A stretch of 64,000 nucleotides of DNA from Alphaproteobacteria bacterium. Lineage in GTDB: Bacteria > Pseudomonadota > Alphaproteobacteria > GCA-2731375. The stretch lies in the NCBI GenBank assembly GCA_965225945.1, contig CBDDBZ010000026.1, forward strand, positions 32,001-96,000. Direction: 5' to 3'. Positions 21,155 through 32,681 of the stretch are shown piece by piece. The notes below the pieces were generated by a model, which made no database searches, was not told where the DNA came from, and saw only the letters and a program-made list of their open reading frames with translations. Position numbers and translations under genes: made by a program. How positions within the stretch are numbered: the first letter of the stretch is position 1; each line of letters opens with the position of its first letter.

Positions 21155-22412
21155 GGACGAGCGAGACGGCGCGGCGGGGGCGGTTCGCCGGCAATACGAG
21201 GCGCTGCCCTATCCGGAACGCGATCCGGGCGACGAGGCCGGGCGGCTGATAACCGGCTCGCCCAGCCACCTTCTGGAGATCGAGCATTACGTCTACGCCG
21301 GTCGCCGCGCCGGGCCGATCCGCGCGCTGGTCGCCGGTGGCGGCACCGGCGACGGCGCCATCATGCTGGCCCAGCATCTCAGCGATCGGGGCGAGGGCGA
21401 GGTGGTCTACCTCGACATCTCCCGGCCGGCGCTGGAGATCGCCCGTGCCCGCGCCGAGGCGCGCGGCCTCGACAACATCGGCTTCCACTTGGGCTCCCTT
21501 CTCGCCATCGACATGCTCGAACTCGGGCGTTTCGACTACATCGATTGCTGCGGCGTGCTGCACCACTTGGCCGATCCGGCGGAAGGGCTGCTGGCGCTGA
21601 CCCAGTCATTGGCCGACGACGGCGGCATGGGGCTGATGCTCTATGGCGCGTTCGGGCGAACCGGCGTCTATCCGCTGCAACGGGCGCTCCGGCGGCTCGC
21701 GGGCACGGCCGATCTCTCGCGCCGCCTCGACCTCGCCCGCGCGGTGCTGAACGCCTTGCCCGAAACCAACTGGTTCCGGCGCAACGTTGGGCTCGCGGAC
21801 CATCTGGCGGGCGGCGACGCCGGTCTCGCGGACCTGCTGCTGCACGCCCAGGATCGGGCCTACACGGTGCCGGAAATCGCCGCCCTGTCGGCCCGGGCGG
21901 AACTCAGGATCACGGGCTTCGTGCCCGCCGCCGGCTACGACCCCGGGCTCTATCTCCGCGACGCGGCGCTCAGGGCCCGCCTCGACACGCTCGATCCGAT
22001 CGAGCGGGCGGCGCTCGGCGAGGAGTTGGCGGGCAATCTCAAGACCCACGTGTTCTATGTCGTCAAGGCGGCGAACCGGGCGGGCGGGCACGCCGATCCC
22101 CGGGATCGGTCCCTGACGCCGATCGCGCGCGAGCACGATCTCCAGGCGGTCGCGCGCTCGCTCGCCAAATCGCCGCGTCTGAAGGTCGATCTGGACGGTA
22201 TCGAGGCTCGCTTCGAGCTGCCCGGCGGGGCCGACAGAATCATCGCCCTGATGGATGGCCGGCGGAACGGCGGCGAGATCCTGGAACGACTCCGCGCGAC
22301 CAACAGCCGTCTCTCGGAACGCGCGGCGGACGCGCTGTTCCAGGGCGTCTACGACATTCTGCATCCCCTCAACATGCTGCTCCTCGCCGGCCCCCACGCT
22401 CCGCCGCGTTGA
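21147..22412 (+). CDS. Class I SAM-dependent methyltransferase
   Basis: QYEALPYP, LVAGGGTG, FDYIDCCGVLHHLADP. Confidence 0.85.
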   Translation: MTEDERDGAAGAVRRQYEALPYPERDPGDEAGRLITGSPSHLLEIEHYVYAGRRAGPIRALVAGGGTGDGAIMLAQHLSDRGEGEVVYLDISRPALEIARARAEARGLDNIGFHLGSLLAIDMLELGRFDYIDCCGVLHHLADPAEGLLALTQSLADDGGMGLMLYGAFGRTGVYPLQRALRRLAGTADLSRRLDLARAVLNALPETNWFRRNVGLADHLAGGDAGLADLLLHAQDRAYTVPEIAALSARAELRITGFVPAAGYDPGLYLRDAALRARLDTLDPIERAALGEELAGNLKTHVFYVVKAANRAGGHADPRDRSLTPIAREHDLQAVARSLAKSPRLKVDLDGIEARFELPGGADRIIALMDGRRNGGEILERLRATNSRLSERAADALFQGVYDILHPLNMLLLAGPHAPPR

Positions 22413-22446
22413 GGCCGCACGGGCCGCGGACGCCGCGGACAATGAC

Positions 22447-22474
22447 TTGCACCCTCGGGGCAATCATGTATAAG
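22447..22474 (+). promoter_or_regulatory. Putative sigma70 promoter of the rpsF operon
   Basis: TTGCAC-16 nt-TATAAG in an AT-richer patch upstream of rpsF. Confidence 0.45.
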
Positions 22475-22581
22475 TGCGCGCCCTGAGACGCCTCGCCGTC
22501 GCCAGCCGGTACCTGCGGCGTCTTTTGGCGTTCCAATCGAGCCGATCCGAGGGCCATGCGACACCAGGAGATCGAGAGCGC

Positions 22582-23046
22582 ATGCCAAGTTACGAAAGCG
22601 TGCTGATCGCGCGCCAGGACATTTCCGCGCAGCAGGTGGAAGGGTTGTCCGAGGCCCTGAAGGCGATTATCACCGAGAACGGTGGCACCATCGCCAAGAG
22701 CGAATATTGGGGCTTGCGCAACCTCGCCTATCGGATCAAGAAGAACCGCAAGGGGCATTACGTCCTGATGCAACTCGACGCGCCGGCCGAGGCCGTCGCC
22801 GAGTTCGAGCGCAACCTGCGGATCAACGAGGACATCATCCGCTACCTCACCGTCCGAATCGAGGCGGTCGACGAGACGCCCTCGGTCATGATGCAGACTC
22901 GCGCCGCGCGCGACGGTGCCCGGCGCGATCGCAACCGCGGCGACCGTGACCGCGGCGATCGAGACCGCGGCGATCGCGACCGCGGCGATCGAGACCGGGG
23001 CGATCGAGACCGGGGGGCGCGCCGCGACGGCGCCGCTCGGTCCTAG
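22582..23046 (+). CDS. rpsF: 30S ribosomal protein S6
   Basis: [33 protein letters not shown]. Confidence 0.96.
   Translation: MPSYESVLIARQDISAQQVEGLSEALKAIITENGGTIAKSEYWGLRNLAYRIKKNRKGHYVLMQLDAPAEAVAEFERNLRINEDIIRYLTVRIEAVDETPSVMMQTRAARDGARRDRNRGDRDRGDRDRGDRDRGDRDRGDRDRGARRDGAARS
22936..23010 (+). repeat. Five 15-bp tandem units encoding RGDRD in the S6 tail
   Basis: CGCGGCGATCGAGAC-like unit x5. Confidence 0.9.
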
Positions 23047-23067
23047 GCGCGGGACGGGAGAAAGACG

Positions 23068-23325
23068 ATGGCGCAAGACCTCAAAATCAGCCAGATGCCG
23101 CTGCGCCGGCCGTTTCATCGCCGGCGCAAGACCTGTCCCTTCAGTGGCCCCAACGCCCAGACGATCGACTACAAGGACGTGAAGATGCTACAGCGCTTCA
23201 TCTCGGAGCGGGGTAAGATCGTGCCCAGCCGCATCACCGCCGTGTCCGCCAAGCGGCAGCGGGAGCTGGCGCGGGCCATCAAGCGGGCTCGCCAGCTCGC
23301 CCTCATTCCCTTCGTCGGACAGTAG
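23068..23325 (+). CDS. rpsR: 30S ribosomal protein S18
   Basis: [25 protein letters not shown]. Confidence 0.97.
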   Translation: MAQDLKISQMPLRRPFHRRRKTCPFSGPNAQTIDYKDVKMLQRFISERGKIVPSRITAVSAKRQRELARAIKRARQLALIPFVGQ

Positions 23326-23370
23326 CGGGCCGGAGCGCGGCGCGGCGCCACCCGGACGGGAGGCACAGGG

Positions 23371-24303
23371 ATGATCGCTTGGCTGCCCTTGTCGATCGCG
23401 GCGGGGCTGGTGAGCGCGCTCATCGTCGCCGGATCCGGCCAATCGCTGACCCTGGCGCTCGTCATTTCGCCCTTCGCGCAACTACCCCTGTTCCTGACCG
23501 GCCTCGGCCTCGGTCTGACCCCGGTGCTGGTCGCCGGGCTCGGCGGGGCGTTCGCCTGCGCCGTTCTGGGCTCGCCCTATCTCGGCGTCGTTTTTCTCTT
23601 CATGCATGCCGTGCCGGTGGTCCTCATCACCCGTCACGCCCTGCTCTCGCGCACGACCGAGGCGGGCGGTGTCGAGTGGTATCCGCCCGGCCGATTGTTG
23701 CTCTGGCTCGCCGCCATGACAGCCACTTACTTCCTCGCGGTGTGGGCGTTCTTCCAATTTACCGGCGACGGTCTCGGGCCCGCGATCGAGAGCGCGCTCC
23801 GCCAGGTGATGACGGCGATGCGGGTGCCGGCCGACGCCGAGATGGACGCGGCGATCGAGGCGAACGCGCGCTACGTTCCCGGCATGGTGGCGACGCACAT
23901 GATGCTGCTCGTGGTGGTCAATGGTGGCCTGGCGCAGCGCATCCTGGTCCGAACGGGGCGAAATTTCAGGCCGTCGCCCCGGATGGACGAGTTGGAGCTG
24001 CCGAAATGGCTCGCCGGGGTATTGCTCGCCGCCATGCTCGCCGCGAGCTTCGTCGAGTCGTTCCGAATTCTGGGCCTGACGCTTGCTTTCATACTCGGCC
24101 TCGCGTATTTCCTCCTCGGCCTCGCGGTGGTGCATGCCTTCTATCGTGGTCGACCGAGCGTCCCCTTCGGGCTGGTCGGCTTTTACGTGATGTTGACCGT
24201 GATGACGATGATCGCCTTTCCGGTGGTCTTGGGCTTGGTTGCCGTCGGTTTGGCGGAGCAACTGATCGGGTTGCGTGCGCGTTTCGGCCCTCGCGTACCC
24301 TAG
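23371..24303 (+). CDS. DUF2232 (YybS-like) membrane protein
   Basis: Multi-[11 protein letters not shown] motif, typical position between rpsR and rplI. Confidence 0.8.
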   Translation: MIAWLPLSIAAGLVSALIVAGSGQSLTLALVISPFAQLPLFLTGLGLGLTPVLVAGLGGAFACAVLGSPYLGVVFLFMHAVPVVLITRHALLSRTTEAGGVEWYPPGRLLLWLAAMTATYFLAVWAFFQFTGDGLGPAIESALRQVMTAMRVPADAEMDAAIEANARYVPGMVATHMMLLVVVNGGLAQRILVRTGRNFRPSPRMDELELPKWLAGVLLAAMLAASFVESFRILGLTLAFILGLAYFLLGLAVVHAFYRGRPSVPFGLVGFYVMLTVMTMIAFPVVLGLVAVGLAEQLIGLRARFGPRVP

Positions 24304-24314
24304 GAGAAAGAACC

Positions 24315-25007
24315 ATGGAGATCATTCTGCTGGAGCGGATCGAGAAACTCGGGCAGATGGGCGAAATCGTCACGGTCAAGAACGGCTATGCCCGCAATTT
24401 CTTGCTGCCCAGGGGGCGTGCGCTTCGCGCCACCAAGGCCAATATCGAACGCTTCGATAATCAGCGGGTCGAGTTGGAGGCCAGTAATCTGGCGCAGCGC
24501 GGGGATGCGGAAAGCGTCGCCATCCGCATGGACGGGGCCAAGATCGTGCTGGTTCGCCAGGCGAGCGACATGGGTCAGCTCTATGGCTCGGTCAGCGCCC
24601 GTGATGTCGCCGAGGGTCTGATCGAGGGCGGTTTCGGCGTCGAGCGACGGCAAGTCGTACTCGACCGGCCGATCAAGACGCTGGGCCTCCATGCCGTGCG
24701 CGTCATGTTGCACCCCGAAGTCTCGATCACGATCGAGGCCAACGTCGCCCGCAGCCTCGAGGAGGCGGAGCGGCAGGAGGCCGGGATCTTCTTCGACGAC
24801 CCCGACCGGGAGGACGGCGAGTTGGAGGAAGAGGCCGAAGCCCTCTTCGCCGCGTCGAGCCCGATGGACTCGGAAGACGAGGCCGGCGAGGATAAGGGCG
24901 AGGCCGCGTCCGACTCCGAGGCGGTCACGGCCGACGACGGCGAGGCCGCGTCCGACTCCGAGGCGGTCACGGCCGACGAGGACGAGACCCAGCCTCCCAC
25001 CGGCTGA
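24315..25007 (+). CDS. rplI: 50S ribosomal protein L9 with acidic tail
   Basis: [31 protein letters not shown]; RBS GGAGA. Confidence 0.96.
   Translation: MEIILLERIEKLGQMGEIVTVKNGYARNFLLPRGRALRATKANIERFDNQRVELEASNLAQRGDAESVAIRMDGAKIVLVRQASDMGQLYGSVSARDVAEGLIEGGFGVERRQVVLDRPIKTLGLHAVRVMLHPEVSITIEANVARSLEEAERQEAGIFFDDPDREDGELEEEAEALFAASSPMDSEDEAGEDKGEAASDSEAVTADDGEAASDSEAVTADEDETQPPTG
24897..24980 (+). repeat. 42-bp tandem duplication ([13 protein letters not shown] x2) in the L9 tail
   Basis: Two units identical except at the last base. Confidence 0.9.
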
Positions 25008-25507
25008 TCATTTTTCCATAGGTCCGACGAGCAGCGCCGGGTCCAGCCGTTCGGCGAACCAATTGACCCGCCAGTCGAGGTGCGGGCCGGTGGCGCGGCC
25101 GCTTGCGCCGACGGTGCCGAGCGCCTCGCCCCGGCGCAGCACCTGTCCGACCGTCACGCTCACCCGATCCAGATGCGAGAACACCGAGCTCACGCCGTGA
25201 CCGTGATCCAGCATCACCGTGCCGCCGGTGAAGTAGAGGTCGGCTTCCGCCAGCGCGACGCGGCCGGGCGCCGGCGCCGTCACCGGCGTGCCCCGGGGGG
25301 CCGCGATATCGACGCCGTAGTGGGGGCAGCGCGGCTCGCCGTTCAGAATTCGCTGGCTGCCGAAGACGCCGCTGATCGGGCCCCGGACCGGCCAGACGAA
25401 ACCGTCGGCGAACCAGGTCTCGGCCGTGTCGAGCCGGCGTATCTTTCCGATCGCCTTGGCTTCGCGGCGAATCCGTTTCAGCACCTTGGCGTCGGGCGTC
25501 ACCATCT
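25008..25507 (-). pseudogene. M23 peptidase, 3' part (gene split by IS630)
   Basis: HYGVD, SHL, TGPHLDW motifs; rejoins the 5' part in frame as IDGLPP-K-MVTPD. Confidence 0.9.
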
Positions 25508-25603
25508 TATACCAATTGGCCTTGAGGGAGACTCACTTTGAGGATTCCCATGGTGGATGATTTCTGACTCAATTCCGGTGATTCGGAGTTGAGGAGGTTC
25601 ACT

Positions 25604-26359
25604 ATGGGAGCGGCGATCGGGTTACGAGAGGATTTCGATGCGGCGGAGCTGCGTCGCTTGGCGAAGCTTTCCAAGGATGCCGGCCAGAGCCGCCGGCTCT
25701 TGGCTCTCGCGGTGATCTATGACGGTGGGCGGCGGACGGATGCGGCACGGACCGGCCACGTGGGGCTTCAGGTGATCCGAGATTGGGTGTTGCATTTCAA
25801 CGCCGAGGGCCCGGACGGCTTGATCGATCGCAAGGCGCCCGGTGCGGTGGCGAAGCTCGACGATGCACAACGCCAGGCGCTGGGGGCACGCGTCGATGCG
25901 GGGCCGAACCCGGCGGTCGACGGCGTGGTGCGCTGGCGGCTGAAGGATCTGGCGGGCTGGATCCGGGATATGTTCGCGATCTCGCTCGACGAGACCACGG
26001 TGAGCCGGGAATTGAAGGCGATGGGCTTCACGAAGATGACGGCGCATCCGCGCCACCATGCCCAGGAGGAGGGCGTCATCGAGGATTTTAAAAAAAATTC
26101 CCCGAGCTGGTGGCGCAAGCCCGCCGGCGCCTGCCCGCCGGCACCGAGATAGAAATCTGGTGGCAGGACGAAGCCCGTGTCGGCCAGAAGAACAAGATCA
26201 CTCGGCGCTGGGCGCGGCGCGGAACCCGGCCCCGCGCACCGCATGACCAGCGCACCAAATCAGCCTATATCTTCGGCGCCATCTGTCCCAAACGCGGCGT
26301 CGGCGCCGCCCTCGTGCTCCCCCACTGCGACACCCAGGCCATGCAGCTGCATCTGGAGG
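25604..26359 (+). pseudogene. IS630 transposase 5' part (OrfA, -1 slippery site T4A8 at 26086-26097, start of OrfB)
   Basis: HTH OrfA; WWQDEARVGQK in the -1 frame; cut at the IS21 insertion. Confidence 0.88.
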
Positions 26360-26760
26360 TGTCGGTGGCGATGAAAAACCGCGCTTAGATGGTGATTTCA
26401 GCGACATCGGGCATCGTGGCGCTGTAGCTGCGTGGTTTGCAGGCGGGAGTTGGCTCGGCGCAGCGGTGGGTAAGTAGCTCGCCGCAGCGACCGCCAAGAG
26501 TCTGGCGGCGGCGGGCTGCTTATCCACCGCGGGCGGGCGTCTCGATTCCTGTTTTGGCTGGCTGGCGGCGGCGGTTCCGCGGACCTGACAAGGGGAGCCG
26601 CGGGAGTACACTCGGGCCGCTGAGAACGACGCGGCGCCGGCCCCGTTTGCTTGCTGGCAACGACCGGCACCGCACCCCCCGAGCCATGCAAGGCACGACC
26701 CATATGCGCAGTATCGTGCGGGTTTGGGCGTGGGTCCACCCCGTTCTCATCGGCTGCGCG

Positions 26761-27201
26761 ATGAAGAACACCGCCCGCCTGTTCAACTGCGCCTCGTGCC
26801 ATCAACAGGTGGTTCTCTGCCGGCACTGCGACCACGGCAACATCTACTGTTCACGGAGCTGCAGCGATCGGGTGCGCCGGCGATCGCAGCGCCATGCCGG
26901 GCAGCGCTACCAGAACAGCCGGCGGGGCCGTCACAAGCATGCTGAGCGCCAGCGGCGCTATCGCGAACGCCGGCGGCGCCGGACGCCGGTGAATCGGCGC
27001 CGCGGGCAGGAAGTGACGCATCACCCTTTGACCGCCGCGCGGCGGCGTCCTGTTGTGGCGCGGACGCCGGCAGGGCGTCCCGGAACACGGCCCTTCGGGC
27101 ACGAGCGGCCCGCCAGGGTCTTCCGCTGCGATCGCTGCGGCCGGTTCTGCGGGCAGGCGGTCTATCCGGGGCTGCGCCCGACGGGAAAGGGGGTGAGATG
27201 A
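26761..27201 (+). CDS. Cys-rich, Arg-rich putative zinc-binding protein (IS21 passenger)
   Basis: CASC-x6-CRHC-x6-CSRSC and C-terminal CDRC..C; ATGA overlap with istA. Confidence 0.7.
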   Translation: MKNTARLFNCASCHQQVVLCRHCDHGNIYCSRSCSDRVRRRSQRHAGQRYQNSRRGRHKHAERQRRYRERRRRRTPVNRRRGQEVTHHPLTAARRRPVVARTPAGRPGTRPFGHERPARVFRCDRCGRFCGQAVYPGLRPTGKGVR

Positions 27202-28703
27202 CCATCAACAAGGAGACCCGCGCGGAGATCCTGCGCCTGTATCACGTCGAGAAGTGGACGGTCGGCACGATCACACGCCAGCTCGGCGTGCATCGCTACA
27301 CCGTCGAGCGCCTCCTCACCGCGGCTGGCGAGCCCCGGGACGCGAGGTCGCCCAGGCCGTCGATGATCGATCCATACGTGCCGTTCATCGCCGAGACGCT
27401 GGCATCCTGGCCGACGCTGCCCGCCAGCCGGCTCTACCAGATGGTGCGCGAACGCGGCTATCCGGGCGGCGGCGACCACTTCCGTCATCTGCTCAGCCAC
27501 TTCAGGCCCAGGCCCGTGGCCGAGGCCTATCTGCGCCTCAAGACCCTTCCCGGCGAGCAGGCCCAGGTCGACTGGGGACACTTCGGCAAGGTGACGATCG
27601 GCCGCGCGGAGCGCCGCCTGATGGGCTTCGTGATGGTTCTCAGCTACTCGCGGCGGATCTTCCTGCGCTTCTACCTCGACGCCGGGATGAGCAACTTCCT
27701 GCGCGGCCATGTCGAAGCCTTCGAGGCGTGGCAGGGCGTGCCCCGCGAGCTCTGGTACGACAACCTGAAGAGCGTCGTGCTGGAGCGCCGCGGCGCCGCC
27801 ATCCGGTTCAATCCCCGGATCCTCGACCTCGCCGGCCACTACCACTTCCTGCCCAAGCCCGTCGTGGTCGCGCGCGGCAACGAGAAGGGGCGCGTGGAGC
27901 GGGCGATTCGCTATGTCCGGACCAGCTTCTTCGCCGCCCGCCGGTGGCGCGATATCGACGATCTCAACGCCCAGGCCCTGGCCTGGTGCCACGGCATCGC
28001 CGCCGACCGCCCCTGGCCCGAAGACCGCTCGATCACCGTGCGCGAGGCCTTCGAGCGGGAACGCGGCTCTCTCATCGCGCTGCCCGGCGATCCCTTCCCC
28101 GACCACGACCGGGTCGAGGTCGCCATCGGCAAGACCCCCTACGCCCGCTTCGATCTCAACGATTACAGCGTGCCGCACACCCATGTGCGGCGCACCCTCG
28201 TCGTGGTCGCGACGCTCGACGAGGTGCGCATCCTCGACGGTGTGGACGTCATCGCCAGCCATCCGCGCAGCTTCGACAAGGCGGCCCGCATCGAGAACCC
28301 CGAGCACATCGCCGAGCTGGTCAGGCGCAAGAGCCATGCCCGCCGCCTTCGCGGCCAGGACCGGCTGGTCCAGGCCGCGCCCAACAGCGAGCGCCTGCTC
28401 GCCGAGGCCGCCCAGCGCGGCGGCTATATAGGCGCCACCGTCGCCGCCCTGTTGCGCCTCCTCGACGCCTACGGCGCCGCCGAGCTCGAGGCGGCCATCG
28501 ACGAGGCCCTGAAGCGGGACGTTCCCCATCCCAACGCCGTGCGCCTGAGCCTGACCCGGCGGCGCGAGCTGCGGCACCAACCCCCGCCCATCCCCGTCGA
28601 ACTGCCCGGCGATCCGAGAGTGCGCGACATCACTGTCCGCGATCACGACCTCGTCGGATACGACGGGCTGGCCGGCGAACCCGAGGAGGACAGCGAGCAA
28701 TGA
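27198..28703 (+). CDS. istA: IS21 transposase IstA
   Basis: [26 protein letters not shown]. Confidence 0.95.
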   Translation: MTINKETRAEILRLYHVEKWTVGTITRQLGVHRYTVERLLTAAGEPRDARSPRPSMIDPYVPFIAETLASWPTLPASRLYQMVRERGYPGGGDHFRHLLSHFRPRPVAEAYLRLKTLPGEQAQVDWGHFGKVTIGRAERRLMGFVMVLSYSRRIFLRFYLDAGMSNFLRGHVEAFEAWQGVPRELWYDNLKSVVLERRGAAIRFNPRILDLAGHYHFLPKPVVVARGNEKGRVERAIRYVRTSFFAARRWRDIDDLNAQALAWCHGIAADRPWPEDRSITVREAFERERGSLIALPGDPFPDHDRVEVAIGKTPYARFDLNDYSVPHTHVRRTLVVVATLDEVRILDGVDVIASHPRSFDKAARIENPEHIAELVRRKSHARRLRGQDRLVQAAPNSERLLAEAAQRGGYIGATVAALLRLLDAYGAAELEAAIDEALKRDVPHPNAVRLSLTRRRELRHQPPPIPVELPGDPRVRDITVRDHDLVGYDGLAGEPEEDSEQ

Positions 28704-29488
28704 ACGATACCCTCATGGGCCGTGCCCGGGCGCTCGGCCTGCACGGCCTCGCCGCCCACTGGGGCGAGGTCGCCGGGCATGACTGGCCCGCTGCGCTGGT
28801 CGCCTGGGAAGAGGAGGAACGGCGAAGCCGCAGCCTCAAGCGCCGCCTCGGCGACGCCCGCCTCGGACAGTTCAAGCCGCTCGCCGACTTCGACTGGGCA
28901 TGGCCGCGCCGCTGCGACCGCATGGCCGTCGAGGATCTCATGAGCCTCGAGTTCCTCAACGAGGCCGCCAACGTCGTCCTGGTCGGCCCAAACGGCGTCG
29001 GCACGTCGACCATCGCCGCCAATATCGCCCACCGCGCCGTCCTCGAGGGCCACACCGTGCGCTTCGCCACCGCGGCCAGCATGCTCGGCGAGCTCGCCGC
29101 CCTCGACAGCGACACCCTGCTTCAGCGCAGGCTGCGCTTCTACGCCCGCCAGCACCTGCTGGTGATCGACGAGGTCGGATACCTGTCCTACAGCAACCGC
29201 CATGCCGATCTGCTGTTCAACATCGTCTCCAGCCGCAGCCAGCAGAACTCCACCATAATCACCACCAACCGGCCCTTCGCCGAGTGGGGTGAGGCCTTCC
29301 CCAACGCCGCCTGCCTCGTCGCCCTGGTCGACCGCCTCGTCCACAACGCCGAGATCATCGCCATCGACGCCGAGTCCTGGCGCCGCAAGGAGGCCGAGGA
29401 ACGCCAGAAGCAGCGCAGCGCCGAGCGCCGCCGGCGGCGAGCCGGCAAGGCCGGCGCGCAGGACCGCGGGGAACCGCCGCCGGCGTAG
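28700..29488 (+). CDS. istB: IS21 helper ATPase IstB (Walker A Lys replaced by Thr)
   Basis: [39 protein letters not shown]. Confidence 0.9.
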   Translation: MNDTLMGRARALGLHGLAAHWGEVAGHDWPAALVAWEEEERRSRSLKRRLGDARLGQFKPLADFDWAWPRRCDRMAVEDLMSLEFLNEAANVVLVGPNGVGTSTIAANIAHRAVLEGHTVRFATAASMLGELAALDSDTLLQRRLRFYARQHLLVIDEVGYLSYSNRHADLLFNIVSSRSQQNSTIITTNRPFAEWGEAFPNAACLVALVDRLVHNAEIIAIDAESWRRKEAEERQKQRSAERRRRRAGKAGAQDRGEPPPA

Positions 29489-29490
29489 CC

Positions 29491-30387
29491 ATGGATGGTC
29501 CCCGCCTCTGGGACCGGCGGGTGCGGGCCGAGGCCCTGCGAGGCTATCCCCTCGAAGACGTCGTCCGCCGCCTCGGCTACCGCCGCGATCCCACCGATGC
29601 CGCGCGCTGGAGGCGTCCCGGATCCGTCATCAGCATCAACGGCTTTATGTTCTACGAACATCTGCGCGGCGAGGGCGGGGGCGGAGCGATCGACCTGGTA
29701 ATCCATGCCTGCCGGTGCACCGTGCCCGAGGCCCTCGGCTTCTTCTCGGAACTGCCGTGCCGTGACCGGTTCCCGGCCGATCGCCACCCGAAGCCGCCGT
29801 GCCCGGACCGCCACTGGCCCGCCATCCAGAGCTACCTCGTCGAGCAGCGCGGCCTCGCGGATGTGCTCGTCGCCCTGTGCCGCGACCTCGGCTTGCTCTA
29901 CGCCGACCGCCACGGCAACGCCGTGTTCGTCCGCCGAAACGCGGCCGGCGAGGCTCTCGGCGCCGAGATCGTCCCTGCCGCGGCGCCACGCCGCCTCGCG
30001 CCGACCGGCGCCGCCGCGCGCGGCGGCTTCTGGATGTCGTGGGAACCCGACTGGCCGAACTCCGTCATCCTCGCCAAGAACGCAATCGACGCCCTGTCGG
30101 TCCTCTCCCTCCACCTCGTCCCGGCCGGGCGCAAGGGATGCGCCGTGGTCTCAACCGGCGGCGCCACCGCAAGCCTCCCCGAATGGATCGAGGCCTGGAA
30201 CCCCGGCCGGATCTTCTGCGCCTACGACGCCACCCGCCAGGGCGATGACGCCGCGGCACGGCTCATCCGAAACGACAGCAGGGTCGTCCGCCTGCGCCCT
30301 GCCCTCGACGGCCTGGACTGGAACGACATGCTCATGCGCGACCGCGCCGGCGAACCGCTCCAGATCGATGACCGGCCCCTCGACTGA
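29491..30387 (+). CDS. Toprim/primase-like (DUF3991-type) passenger protein
   Basis: GGGAIDLVIH, AIDALS, IFCAYDA..QGD, DWND motifs of Toprim-domain proteins. Confidence 0.65.
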   Translation: MDGPRLWDRRVRAEALRGYPLEDVVRRLGYRRDPTDAARWRRPGSVISINGFMFYEHLRGEGGGGAIDLVIHACRCTVPEALGFFSELPCRDRFPADRHPKPPCPDRHWPAIQSYLVEQRGLADVLVALCRDLGLLYADRHGNAVFVRRNAAGEALGAEIVPAAAPRRLAPTGAAARGGFWMSWEPDWPNSVILAKNAIDALSVLSLHLVPAGRKGCAVVSTGGATASLPEWIEAWNPGRIFCAYDATRQGDDAAARLIRNDSRVVRLRPALDGLDWNDMLMRDRAGEPLQIDDRPLD

Positions 30388-30500
30388 ATAGCCACAGCGC
30401 GAAACAAAATCAGCCAAGCCCAAAAGCATCCCGTCAGCCAACCGCCACCGACCGCTCAAAAAGAGCACCATATAAGCGCACCCTGGAACCACCGCTAACA

Positions 30501-30810
30501 GGAGGAGATCTCCTCCCGGGTAGGCGCGCGCGCGCATGCCCTCCTGCTCCTCGATCAGGCGGGTTGGCACACCACGGACAAGCTGAAGATCCCCGCCAAC
30601 GTTACCCTCCTGCCCCTGCCACCACGCTCGCCGGAGCTCAATCCGACCGAAAACATCTGGCAGTTCATGCGCGACAACTGGCTGTCCAACTTGGTCTTCC
30701 AATCCGACGAGCAGATCATCACCTCCTGCTGCGAAGCCTGGAACAAGCTCATCGATCAACCATGGAACATCACGTCCATCGGGCGGCGTAAATGGGCGCA
30801 TGAGTTCTGA
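30501..30810 (+). pseudogene. IS630 transposase 3' part
   Basis: LDQAGWH, LPPRSPELNPTENIWQFMRDNWLSN. Confidence 0.9.
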
Positions 30811-30827
30811 TTAATGCCGATTGGCAT

Positions 30828-31137
30828 TAGGCGGCAGGCCGTCGATCCGCTGCACGGGATAGTTTCGCGGCACGATCTCCAGGACCCGGCGATGCTCGCC
30901 GCCACCGGGGCTTCGGACCACCAGCACGGCGGCTGAGCCGAAGTCGCGCCCGAAGCCGATGACGAAGCGGCCCTGGGGCCCGACGCGGACGGGCTTGCCG
31001 TCGAGGTGAACGTGGCTGCCGGGCCCAACCCGGCCCACCATCATGCCGCCCTGAGTGGCGTCCCCCTCGAGCCGTGGCGCCTCGGCCACCGCGGGCCACG
31101 CCAGCAGCAGGGCGAGGAACGGGACGGCGAGCCGCAT
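30828..31137 (-). pseudogene. M23 peptidase, 5' part with signal peptide
   Basis: [18 protein letters not shown].., FVIGFGRD, YPVQRIDGLPP. Confidence 0.85.
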
Positions 31138-32579
31138 CAGAAGAGTTCGCCCTGATTGACGCCGGGTTTCCGCCGGCGCCCGCCGGACGTCGGTGAGCCC
31201 CGGGCAGGCTTGCCGTCGACCGTCGCTGGCACCTCACCGTCGTGGAACTCCAGCCGGAAGGCGCGGCCCGGCGTCGCCTCGGCGACGGTGGTGAGGGCTC
31301 GGCCGTCGGTGCCGCGCGCCACCGCGTAGCCGCGCGCGAGCACGTTGCGGTAGGACAGGTTCTCCAGCCGCTGGCCGAGGCCCGCCACGCGCTCGGCGAT
31401 GCGCTCGCGGCGCACCCGCTCCGCGCGGCGGGCCCGAGCGGCGAGATCGGCCAGTCGCTCGGCCCCCCGCCGGAGCTCCGCCGCCAGCAGGCGCGGGCGC
31501 AGCAGCGCCGCCAGTTCCATCAAGCGCGCGCGGCGATCGCGGGCGAGGGCGGCCAGTGCGCGGGGCAGCCGTTCGGCGATATCGTCGAAACGCTGGCTGG
31601 CGATCGCCAGCAACTCACGCGGCCCCCGAAGCCCCCGGGCCAGCCCCTCGATCCGATAGCGATGCTCGTCCAACCGGCGCCTGAGCGCTATTCGCTGGCG
31701 CCGCTCCAGCTCGCCCACGTGGTCGATCAGATCGCGCCGCACCGGGACCGCCATTTCCGCCGCCGCGCTCGGCGTCGGCGCGCGGCGATCGGAGGCGTGG
31801 TCGATCAGCGTGGTGTCGGTCTCGTGGCCGACGGCGGAGATCAGCGGGATCTCGCTTTCCGCCGCGGCGCGGACCACGACCTCCTCGTTGAAGGCCCAGA
31901 GATCCTCGATGCTGCCACCGCCCCGGGCGACGATCAGCAGGTCGGGGCGCGGCGCTGGCCCGCTCCCGTCGAAAGCGTTGAAGCCCCGGATCGCGGCGGC
32001 GATCTGTTCCGCCGCGCCCTCGCCCTGCACCAGGGTCGGCCAGATCAGCACCCGGCGGGGAAAGCGGTCGCGCAGGCGATGCAGGATGTCGCGGATCACC
32101 GCACCCGTAGGCGAGGTGACGACGCCGATCACCTCCGGCAGGAAGGGCAGCGGGCGCTTGCGGTCCTCGGCGAACAGCCCCTCGGCCTCGAGCTTGCGCC
32201 GCCGTTCCTCCAAGAGCGCCATCAGCGCCCCGATGCCGGCCGGCTCCATCCGCTCGATCACGAGCTGATAGCGCGAGCGGCCCGGATAGGTCGTGAGCTT
32301 GCCGGTGCAGACGACCTCCAGCCCGTCCTCCGGCCGGCAGCCGAGGGACCGCACGGTGCCCCGCCAGCAGACCGCGTCCAGCACCGCCTTGTCGTCCTTC
32401 AACGCCATGTAGAGATGGCCCGAGCGCGCCTCGGTGAAGCCGGAGATCTCGCCGCGAACCCGGACATAGGGGAAGGCGTCCTCGACGATCCGCTTCAGGT
32501 GGAAGGAGATCTCGGAGACCGAAAATTCCGGCAGGTTGGCGTTCGGATCGTCGCCTGTATCGGGGGGAAGTGCACTCAC
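31137..32579 (-). CDS. xseA: Exodeoxyribonuclease VII large subunit
   Basis: [47 protein letters not shown]; start uncertain. Confidence 0.95.
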   Translation of the reverse strand: MSALPPDTGDDPNANLPEFSVSEISFHLKRIVEDAFPYVRVRGEISGFTEARSGHLYMALKDDKAVLDAVCWRGTVRSLGCRPEDGLEVVCTGKLTTYPGRSRYQLVIERMEPAGIGALMALLEERRRKLEAEGLFAEDRKRPLPFLPEVIGVVTSPTGAVIRDILHRLRDRFPRRVLIWPTLVQGEGAAEQIAAAIRGFNAFDGSGPAPRPDLLIVARGGGSIEDLWAFNEEVVVRAAAESEIPLISAVGHETDTTLIDHASDRRAPTPSAAAEMAVPVRRDLIDHVGELERRQRIALRRRLDEHRYRIEGLARGLRGPRELLAIASQRFDDIAERLPRALAALARDRRARLMELAALLRPRLLAAELRRGAERLADLAARARRAERVRRERIAERVAGLGQRLENLSYRNVLARGYAVARGTDGRALTTVAEATPGRAFRLEFHDGEVPATVDGKPARGSPTSGGRRRKPGVNQGELF

Positions 32580-32681
32580 CGTCTGTCCTCGATTCAGGCG
32601 CCATGATACAAGAGGCGCGCAGGGGGAAACATCTCCCGAAACGGCCTCGAGAAGCCGACGGGCGAGGGCGCGGGGGGTGCC

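Larger units (their letters stand above)
26360..30500 (+). mobile_element. IS21-family element, 4141 bp, with two passenger ORFs
   Basis: TG...CA ends; about 35-bp imperfect IR sharing GCGCTTA(G/T)ATGGTG; 5-bp TSD GGAGG (26355-59, 30501-05); removing it restores IS630 HLEEISSR. Confidence 0.92.
25510..30827 (+). mobile_element. IS630-family element, interrupted by IS21
   Basis: TA (or TTA) duplication at 25508-9 and 30828-9; imperfect IRs TACCAATTGGCCTT / AATGCCGATTGGCA. Confidence 0.9.

Noticed and set aside
22936-23010. RGD integrin-binding mimicry
   Set aside because: Cytoplasmic ribosomal protein tail; RGD is expected from R/G/D low-complexity sequence
23379-24314. Long N-terminal extension of L9
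   Set aside because: Alternative frame over DUF2232; the true start with RBS is 24315
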